Of a DNA stretch of 64,000 nucleotides, positions 57,742 through 64,000 are shown in pieces. Below the pieces are notes generated by a model. That model saw only the letters and a program-made list of their open reading frames with translations. It was not told where the DNA came from and searched no databases. Origin of the DNA: Bacilli bacterium (GTDB lineage: Bacteria > Bacillota_I > Bacilli_A > RFN20 > CAG-826); the NCBI GenBank assembly GCA_035361955.1, contig DAOSDC010000004.1:14916-78915 (forward strand), written 5' to 3'. The first letter of the stretch is position 1. Each line of letters opens with the position of its first letter. Position numbers and translations under genes: made by a program.

Positions 57742-58992
57742 ATGTATTATGATAAATTCGAGGAATATATCGTGGAACAAAACATCATTAAAAGAGATGA
57801 GTATCTTAATCAATTAATCAAATGGAAAGACCATAAAATAATAAAGGTCATTACTGGAATTCGGCGTTGTGGAAAATCAACCCTACTATGTTCGATTTTT
57901 AGAAATTATCTATTGGAACAAGGAGTCACACCCGAGCAGATTATCGTTATTAATTTGGAACTTCTTGAAAATGAACATTTGTGTGATTATCGAAGTTTAT
58001 ATAACCACGTTATGACAAATGTCGTTCCTGATAAACGCAACTACGTGATGATTGATGAAGTCCAAAACGCGAACCAATTTCAAAAAGCTATCGATAGTTT
58101 GTCGTTGTTTGAAAGTATCGATTTATACATTACCGGATCAAACGCCTATTTGCTTTCAGGCGAGCTGGCCACATTGTTGTCGGGGCGTTATGTAACCATC
58201 GAAATGTTACCGTTGTCGTTGATCGAATTTGTCGGGACGCGTACTAAATCAACAAATATTGAGAGTCTCTACAGAGATTATGCTAGATGGGGTGGATTTC
58301 CTTTTGTCCGACAACTTAACGGGGATAGCGAACTCATAAATCAGTACCTCGATGGTTTATATAACACAATTATCAAAAAAGACATTATTACAAGAAATAA
58401 AATATCAGATATCTTCGTTCTTGAAGATGTCATCAGATTTGTATTTGATAACATAGGAAACATCCTATCGTCAAAAAAAATTAGTGATTCACTGACGTCA
58501 CACGGAAGAAAGGTTTCGCGACCAACAATCGACGCCTATCTTGGATATTTGATCAATAGTTATGCCATCAATAAAGTCGGCCGTTATGATATCAAAGGCA
58601 AAGAACATCTTAAATCACTGGAAAAATATTATGTGACAGATTTGGGTTTGAGAAATTATTTGTTGGGGTTTCGGGACATTGACCGCGGTTATATTCTTGA
58701 AAACATCATCTACCTAGAGCTAAAACGACGCGGATTTGATGTATTCATCGGGAAATATGAGGATAAAGAAATTGATTTTATCGCTAACAACAACGACGGC
58801 GTTGTCTATATCCAGGTTGCCGAAACAATCAAAACCAAGGTCGTTTTAGAAAGAGAGTTAGCGCCACTGAAGGCAATAAAAAACTTTCATCGTCGCGTCG
58901 TAATAACACTTGATTACGAGATTAATCAATCATTCGAAGGAATTAGGATTATTAATGCGCTTGAATGGCTAACGCGAAAAATTGATTTTTAA
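57742..58992 (+). CDS. AAA+ ATPase with a C-terminal DUF4143 domain (AAA_14/DUF4143 family)
   Basis: Walker A GIRRCGKSTLL. Walker B VMIDEVQ. Confidence 0.65.
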   Translation: MYYDKFEEYIVEQNIIKRDEYLNQLIKWKDHKIIKVITGIRRCGKSTLLCSIFRNYLLEQGVTPEQIIVINLELLENEHLCDYRSLYNHVMTNVVPDKRNYVMIDEVQNANQFQKAIDSLSLFESIDLYITGSNAYLLSGELATLLSGRYVTIEMLPLSLIEFVGTRTKSTNIESLYRDYARWGGFPFVRQLNGDSELINQYLDGLYNTIIKKDIITRNKISDIFVLEDVIRFVFDNIGNILSSKKISDSLTSHGRKVSRPTIDAYLGYLINSYAINKVGRYDIKGKEHLKSLEKYYVTDLGLRNYLLGFRDIDRGYILENIIYLELKRRGFDVFIGKYEDKEIDFIANNNDGVVYIQVAETIKTKVVLERELAPLKAIKNFHRRVVITLDYEINQSFEGIRIINALEWLTRKIDF

Positions 58993-59128
58993 CACGCATT
59001 ATATATGTACTTTCTCATTAATGAAAAGTAGTCAATATTAAAATAGCTTCTTTAACATTTCTGCATTATGCTTGCTATAATGACCACACCGATTGTCAAC
59101 TGCACGATTTCACCTAGGAGACATATCC

Positions 59129-60301
59129 ATGGTCATTAAACCGATTATCCGTTCCAATGTTTTTCTAACAGCGCATCCAATCGGATGCTTTGAGCACGCC
59201 ATGGAACAATTTTATGAAGCCAAACGCCTACCGTCATTTAAAGGACCAAAAGAAGTACTGATTATCGGAGGCTCGTCCGGTTATGGCTTTGCTTCACGCG
59301 TCGCTTTGACTATTGCTGGTGGAGCCAACACCATTAATGTTTCATACGAATCCGGTCCTAAAGCAGAACGTTCAGGCACGGCCGGTTATTGGCACAACCT
59401 CGCATTTGAAAAACTAGTGAAAGATTTGCCCTCAATCCATCGCGATTTCCTCGGTGATGCGTTTTCTGCTCAAATGAAGCAACAAGTCATCGAACATATG
59501 ATTCAAACAGGACGAAAAATCGATTTAGTCATCTATTCGATTGCCGCAGGGGCGCGTTTTGATGAACAAAGACAAGAAACGATTCGTTCACATATTAAGA
59601 CAATCGGCGAACCCATCGTTGGTAAAACAATCGATATTGCGACGAAATCGGTGAAAGAAATAACTGTGACCGGCGGAACCGAACAAGAAGTCAAAGACAC
59701 CGTGTTCGTAATGGGCGGTAGCGATTGGGCTGATTGGATTCATCGATTAGACGACGCAGGTGTATTAGCCACAGGCGTTAAAACGATTTCATACACCTAT
59801 ATCGGAAGCGATTCGACCGCGCGCATTTATCGCGATGGCACGATTGGACAAGCCAAAGAGCATTTAGAACAAACGGCGCTGGATATGAACCCATTGCTAC
59901 AGAAAAAATATCGAGGCGAAGCCTTAATATCTTCAAGCAAAGCCGTGGTCACCAAAGCCAGCGTCTTTATCCCCCAAATGCCGATTTATGTTTCATGCCT
60001 GATTGAGGTCATGAGCAAACATGGTGTCCACGAAGCGATTTTGGAACATAAATATCGTTTGTTTAAAGATATGGTTTATGGAGATAAAAGACTAGTTGAT
60101 GATAAGGGCCGCATTAGAATTGATCACCAGGAAATGGACCCCTCGATACAACGGGAAGTAGTCAACATGATGAAAAATCTGACTGACGAGCAACTGCTAG
60201 CGCTCGATGGTACCAAACGTTTCTTGAGCGAGTTTTATCAAATCCATGGCTTTGGATATCCAAACATCGATTACGAACAACCAGTCGTTATTGAAGAGTA
60301 A
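59129..60301 (+). CDS. fabV: Enoyl-ACP reductase, FabV/Ter (trans-2-enoyl-CoA reductase) family
   Basis: Start chosen at MVIKPIIRSNVFLTAHPIGC (RBS AGGAGA 8 nt upstream; the track ORF starts at 59093). The FabV/Ter family pattern is recalled: TAHP.GC, GPK.VL.IG.S.GYG.A.R.A, a ~400-aa length, and a Y...K catalytic region. Confidence 0.7.
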   Translation: MVIKPIIRSNVFLTAHPIGCFEHAMEQFYEAKRLPSFKGPKEVLIIGGSSGYGFASRVALTIAGGANTINVSYESGPKAERSGTAGYWHNLAFEKLVKDLPSIHRDFLGDAFSAQMKQQVIEHMIQTGRKIDLVIYSIAAGARFDEQRQETIRSHIKTIGEPIVGKTIDIATKSVKEITVTGGTEQEVKDTVFVMGGSDWADWIHRLDDAGVLATGVKTISYTYIGSDSTARIYRDGTIGQAKEHLEQTALDMNPLLQKKYRGEALISSSKAVVTKASVFIPQMPIYVSCLIEVMSKHGVHEAILEHKYRLFKDMVYGDKRLVDDKGRIRIDHQEMDPSIQREVVNMMKNLTDEQLLALDGTKRFLSEFYQIHGFGYPNIDYEQPVVIEE

Positions 60302-60369
60302 CATTGCCTTTTACAAATTAACTATCTGATAGTGTTTCCTTTTCATGGCGACATTTTTAAAATATAGCC

Positions 60370-60816
60370 ATGAGTATTCATCCCGATTTAATCGCTCCTT
60401 GTGGCATGAACTGCGCGTTATGCGTGGCCTATCAGTTTCGTGAAAAAGATTTAAACAAACTTGGGTATCATCGAACCTATTGTCCGGGATGTATTTCCCG
60501 AGGAAAACATTGTACTTTCACTGGTGGTCTTTGCGAGCAACTAGCTAACGGCACGATTCGGTTTTGCCATGAGTGCGAGTTATTTCCCTGTCCGAGGCTA
60601 AAACGACTCGACAAGCGTTACCGGACCAAATATGACATGAGCATGATTGCCAATCAACAGATGATGAAAGAGCAAGGCATCCAAGCCTTCCTTGCTAGCC
60701 AAGAAGCCAAATGGTCGTGTCCAACATGTGGCGATATCATTTGCACACACATGCACATGTGCTTGGAATGCAATCGGCAGCGACTTAACAAGAAGACTAC
60801 TAGACACACAGGCTGA
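60370..60816 (+). CDS. Small Cys-rich protein (16 Cys, several CxxC pairs), DUF3795-like. Putative metal/FeS-binding protein of unknown function.
   Basis: CGMNCALC, CPGC, CHEC..C, CPTC and CLEC motifs. Confidence 0.45.
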   Translation: MSIHPDLIAPCGMNCALCVAYQFREKDLNKLGYHRTYCPGCISRGKHCTFTGGLCEQLANGTIRFCHECELFPCPRLKRLDKRYRTKYDMSMIANQQMMKEQGIQAFLASQEAKWSCPTCGDIICTHMHMCLECNRQRLNKKTTRHTG

Positions 60817-60897
60817 TTCCAAATAAGCCCAATCCCATTAAAAGATTATGGGCAAGATGCGCTTGTGGATATGACAAAACGAAAACAATTGATATTT

Positions 60898-60936
60898 GAA
60901 GGGTTTATCGAATATTTACGATGAAAGCCCTTTTTC
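60898..60936 (+). terminator. Rho-independent terminator (aagggttt / aaagccctt stem with one bulge, 17-nt loop, then TTTTC)
   Basis: Seen directly, about 80 nt downstream of the DUF3795-like gene. Confidence 0.5.
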
Positions 60937-60979
60937 TTGTTGAAATAACAAATCGCGATAAATAATGCTTGACTCAAAC

Positions 60980-61007
60980 TGGTCATCACCTAAAATTAGG
61001 AGTAATC
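60980..61007 (+). promoter_or_regulatory. Sigma-A-type promoter driving the T-box leader: -35 TTGACT, 16-nt spacer, -10 TAAAAT
   Basis: Hexamers read directly. The predicted TSS is about 61014. Confidence 0.55.
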
Positions 61008-61013
61008 ACATAA

Positions 61014-61299
61014 CAAAAGACCGTGATGAAGAGATGCGTGAATTGTGGGCAATAGAGAGTTTGCGGTTGGTGGAAGCAAACACCGAGAGTTAACGATATA
61101 CACTTCGGAGTCAGGCGCCGAACGAGTTAGTAGGCCGCCTCGGAATCCTCCCGTTAGCGAGGCTAGAGTTGTAAGACTCGATAAGCGATGGAAAATCCAT
61201 AATCAGGGTGGTACCACGGAATCTCGCAAGGTTTTCGTCCCTACATGAGTGAAGGGCGGAAATCTTTTTATTTACTCCCTTCAAAACGAAAGGAGCATT
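61014..61299 (+). promoter_or_regulatory. T-box riboswitch leader (tRNA-sensing)
   Basis: T-box motif AATCAGGGTGGTACCACGG (61201-61219), matching the consensus AAUUAGGGUGGNACCGCGG at 17/19. F-box-like CCGTTA (61151-61156). Stem-I elements AGAGAG (61054-59) and GUUGG (61066-70), plus a GA-rich K-turn-like tgatgaagag (61023-61032). Alternative pairings tgaaggg/cccttca and ctccctt/aaaggag lie around the SD (61283-61289). Confidence 0.65.
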
Positions 61300-62742
61300 A
61301 TGCCACAATTAGCCCGTTACAAAGTCGCGCCGTTTCCACTGGAAATGCATAAAGCGCGCATCGTTCAAAAACTGAATTTGCTACCACTTGAAGATCGCTT
61401 AAAAGCGATACAGGAAGCAGGCAATAACACGTTTCTGCTCAAAAATCGCGATGTGTTTCTTGACATGCTAACCGATAGCGGCACTAACGCCATGAGCGAC
61501 CGTCAACTCGCGGCGATGACGCTGGCCGATGATTCTTACGCTGGTAGTGAAACGTTTTTCCGCCTCGAGGCGATGCTACAAAAATTCTTCGGGATGCCCT
61601 ACTTTTTACCAGCGCACCAAGGACGCGCCTGTGAACACATACTGGCTAAAGTATTCGTCAAACCAGGCGATGTCGCTGTCATGAACTATCATTTCACGAC
61701 GACGAAAGCCCATATCATGGAAATGGGCGGGACGGTCATCGAATGTCATCTTGACGAAGCAATCGAATCCGAATCCACGCATCCATTTAAAGGCGATATG
61801 GATCTTGAAAAACTGCAAGATGTTATTGCCAGTAATCGCATTTCGTTCGTCAGAATTGAACTTGGAACAAATTTGATTGGTGGCCAACCCATCTCGTTAA
61901 CCAACATCGAAGCCGTTAGTAAGATGTGCAAGAAACACAACTTATTGCTAATCATGGATGCCAGCTTATTGAGTGATAACTTATTCTTCAATAAAACCAG
62001 GGAAAAACGTTGCCAAAGCATGTCGATTCACGAGATCAATTTAGCAATTTCTCGATGTGCGGATATCATCTATTTTTCGGCAAGAAAACTAGGTAGCGCT
62101 CGCGGTGGCGGCCTTGTAATGAGGGATAAATCGCTATTCGATAAAATGAAAAATCTCGTGCCACTCTATGAAGGTTTCTTGACTTACGGGGGCATGTCGG
62201 TTCGCGAAATGGAGGCATTGACGATTGGTCTTGAAGAAACGCTTGATCAAGATGTCATTTCACAAGGTCCGCAATTCATACAAGCATTCGCCGATATGTT
62301 AATAAAGCACAAGGTGCCGATTGTTACTCCGGCGGGTGGTCTTGGAGTTCATATTGACGCTAGGGCATTTTTATCTCATGTACCGGGAGAACAATATCCG
62401 GCTGGGGGACTAGCGGCCGCCATCTATATCGTATCCGGTGCCCGTGGTATGGAGCGCGGTACGATTTCAGAAACGCGCAATCCCGATGGAAGCGACCACA
62501 TCGCCAGCATGGAACTCGTGCGGTTGGCACTACCTCGCCGCGTCTTCTCGCTCTCGCATATTACATATATCGTCGATCGCCTGATTTGGCTGTTTGAAAA
62601 TCGCCATCTAATTGGTGGCTTAACGTTTATTGAAGAACCGCAAATAATGCGTTTCTTCATGGGAAGACTGGCGCCGATTGGTGATTGGCAAGAAAAATTG
62701 ACCGCTAAATTTCGCGCGGATTTTGGAAATGATGCAATTTAG
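61300..62742 (+). CDS. Beta-eliminating lyase of the tyrosine phenol-lyase/tryptophanase family (PLP-dependent). From recalled reference sequences it resembles TPL more than TnaA.
   Basis: Start at MPQLARY (RBS AAAGGAG 6 nt upstream; the track ORF starts at 61249). LTDSGTNAMSD, the PHQGR region, the PLP-lysine region SARKLGSARGGG, and a full-length match to TnaA/TPL architecture. Confidence 0.8.
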   Translation: MPQLARYKVAPFPLEMHKARIVQKLNLLPLEDRLKAIQEAGNNTFLLKNRDVFLDMLTDSGTNAMSDRQLAAMTLADDSYAGSETFFRLEAMLQKFFGMPYFLPAHQGRACEHILAKVFVKPGDVAVMNYHFTTTKAHIMEMGGTVIECHLDEAIESESTHPFKGDMDLEKLQDVIASNRISFVRIELGTNLIGGQPISLTNIEAVSKMCKKHNLLLIMDASLLSDNLFFNKTREKRCQSMSIHEINLAISRCADIIYFSARKLGSARGGGLVMRDKSLFDKMKNLVPLYEGFLTYGGMSVREMEALTIGLEETLDQDVISQGPQFIQAFADMLIKHKVPIVTPAGGLGVHIDARAFLSHVPGEQYPAGGLAAAIYIVSGARGMERGTISETRNPDGSDHIASMELVRLALPRRVFSLSHITYIVDRLIWLFENRHLIGGLTFIEEPQIMRFFMGRLAPIGDWQEKLTAKFRADFGNDAI

Positions 62743-62748
62743 AATATA

Positions 62749-64000
62749 TCAATGAGTATGTTTTCGATGGAATTTTAGAGGGAAATTTTGAGCGATAACG
62801 ACAACGATACCGGCGACAAGCCCGGCCGTAAAACCATTGTTATATAAATCAAAACCGCCCTGTAGCGCTAGTGCATAAGGCGAGATTAACAAATGCAGGA
62901 AGCCTGCCAATAGACCATAAATGATGCCAAACTTTCCAGCCACAGGTGCTAGCGCAGTTACAAAGAATATCGCGATGCTCGGACCCAAATTTGTAATTGA
63001 GAAACCAGGAATCAATGATGCCAACAACAATCCGGCGATGACCGGTGTCGAGTTTTGGATATGTTTGCCATAGCTTCCAAAACCAATTAACGTGAACATC
63101 GCGGCAATCATCGGTCCAGATATTTTAAGATTTAAAGATAAAATGATGATTAAACTAAAGACACCCAAACTGCCGATGTTGAATAGTGTCGTCGCAAAGC
63201 CATACTCCTTGACATAATCACTTGGCAAATTTCCTGGACTTTGTAGTAAGCGAAGCCATGATTTAAAGACGTTCTTGTTCAGGAAGAATGCGGCAATCAT
63301 CAATAATAGGGAAATGACTAAAAGCGACCAAAACAATATCGAGTGATAGGCTTCGGTCGTCATTGGGGTAACCGTTAGCGTGACATTAAAGGCGCGTAAC
63401 AAACTGGCAAACACCATGGCAATGAATCCAAGGCCAAAACCAGTGTTATAAAGATTGTAGCCTTGATGGAATTTACCGACGATGGAGACAACCATTGGTG
63501 TCAAGAAACCGGCGATAATCCCAGCTAATATGCCAAGTGGTAGACTCGCCCATAGCGGCAGTCCCGGAATTCCAAACGCGATGAAACTAGCCAAAGGAGC
63601 GATACCTGAAGAAAAAAGGAAGGTTCCAGTATATTGATTAAGTTGCTGCCGTTTGATGCGCACGTATAAAAAGAAGCCAAGCCAAACAGGCAAAAAATTC
63701 CAGATATTTTTACCAAAGAAAGCGAAGCCGGCGATCGTTAAGACACCAGCGATGGATACGCCTGAAAAATTGGCCTTGATTAGTCGCAAAGCGAATATCG
63801 ACATCCAAGTCGTGATCCACACGTTTAATAGCGTACCGGCAAAGCCACCGACACCAAGATAATCAGTCACTAAAAGCGAGGGATGAATCTGGATCGCCCA
63901 AAAGCCTTGAATTGTCGCTAGAAACGGAGCGGACAATAAAATGATTAGCGCTCCCGTAAGCGCTAATGAGAGTAGAACCGTGGATTTGATTTTAATAGCG
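62749..64000 (-). CDS. 5'-truncated polytopic integral membrane protein (at least 10 TM segments) of unknown function. Its frame is open to the window end.
   Basis: The in-frame translation upstream of the track's first codon (TTG at 63936) continues with no stop to nt 64000. It is highly hydrophobic with repeated G-rich TM helices. No family is recognised. Confidence 0.5.
   Translation of the reverse strand, partial: AIKIKSTVLLSLALTGALIILLSAPFLATIQGFWAIQIHPSLLVTDYLGVGGFAGTLLNVWITTWMSIFALRLIKANFSGVSIAGVLTIAGFAFFGKNIWNFLPVWLGFFLYVRIKRQQLNQYTGTFLFSSGIAPLASFIAFGIPGLPLWASLPLGILAGIIAGFLTPMVVSIVGKFHQGYNLYNTGFGLGFIAMVFASLLRAFNVTLTVTPMTTEAYHSILFWSLLVISLLLMIAAFFLNKNVFKSWLRLLQSPGNLPSDYVKEYGFATTLFNIGSLGVFSLIIILSLNLKISGPMIAAMFTLIGFGSYGKHIQNSTPVIAGLLLASLIPGFSITNLGPSIAIFFVTALAPVAGKFGIIYGLLAGFLHLLISPYALALQGGFDLYNNGFTAGLVAGIVVVIAQNFPLKFHRKHTH

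Noticed and set aside
57742-58992. AAA/DUF4143 gene as part of a defence or mobile element
   Set aside because: No partner nuclease, methylase, integrase or flanking repeats are present. It is a single gene, so only noted as a probable insertion between acpP and fabV.
59093-59128. Upstream start for fabV (MSTARFHLGDIS...)
   Set aside because: FabV family proteins begin at M(V/I)IKP. An AGGAGA RBS sits 8 nt before ATG 59129.
61249-61299. Upstream start for the lyase gene (MKGGNLFIYSLQNERSI...)
   Set aside because: It would translate the T-box leader sequence. An AAAGGAG SD precedes ATG 61300, and homologues start near MPQLARY.
1-64000. Alternative genetic code (UGA = Trp, as in Mycoplasma/Spiroplasma), suggested by the Mollicute-like anchoring
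   Set aside because: Long conserved proteins (accC, fabF, pmm, GH130, ABC ATPase) are full length with TGA treated as stop, and genes end at TGA. The standard code fits.

Overview
This 64-kb window comes from a moderate-GC (~45%) low-GC Gram-positive or Tenericutes-like genome. It reads with the standard code: TGA is a stop, and long conserved genes such as accC, fabF, pmm and the GH130 genes are intact. I found no rRNA, tRNA, CRISPR array, transposase or integrase. The window contains the following, in order.

(1) Positions 1-7.8 kb: a 5'-truncated secreted protein with an internal duplicated DWDGWG module; two paralogous GH43-like/DUF1080 lipoproteins separated by a strong terminator; and two tandem class II ketose-bisphosphate aldolase paralogs.

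(2) 7.9-14 kb: an ABC system with a lipoprotein substrate-binding protein (SBP), a fused 12-TM double permease and a MalK-type ATPase; an RDD-like membrane protein; and a CX5R tyrosine phosphatase.

(3) 14.2-47.2 kb: a ~32-kb mannoside-utilisation locus. It begins with an rpiR-pmm-manA-rok operon. Two plus-strand surface proteins follow. Then comes a 14-gene, ~22.5-kb minus-strand operon, with a LacI-family regulator beside it. The operon encodes a GH125 alpha-1,6-mannosidase, three GH130-like beta-mannoside phosphorylases/hydrolases (two cytoplasmic, one secreted with two discoidin domains), a CUT1 ABC importer without an ATPase, an FN3/GLUG lipoprotein, and two large paralogous surface proteins of unrecognisable family. 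Across the locus, five proteins are built from a tandemly duplicated ~170-190-aa CBM4/9/22-like jelly-roll module. That module occurs alone (3 proteins), fused to GH125, and fused to a purple-acid-phosphatase-like metallophosphoesterase. Nearly all surface proteins here are lipoproteins with Ser-rich stalks, or carry C-terminal TM anchors without LPXTG.

(4) 47.4-60.3 kb: an amidohydrolase, birA, and a complete type II fatty-acid synthesis (FAS II) operon acpP-accBCDA-fabHDGFZ. The missing enoyl reductase is supplied by a divergently placed fabV beyond an inserted AAA/DUF4143 gene.

(5) 60.4-64 kb: a Cys-rich DUF3795-like protein, then a sigma-A-type promoter and a T-box riboswitch leader in front of a tyrosine phenol-lyase/tryptophanase family gene, and a 5'-truncated polytopic membrane protein.

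The most novel content is the duplicated-module protein family and the unknown paralog pair inside what looks like a Gram-positive/wall-less analogue of a polysaccharide utilisation locus (PUL) for phosphorylated mannan or N-glycan. The T-box-controlled beta-eliminating lyase is the other notable item.
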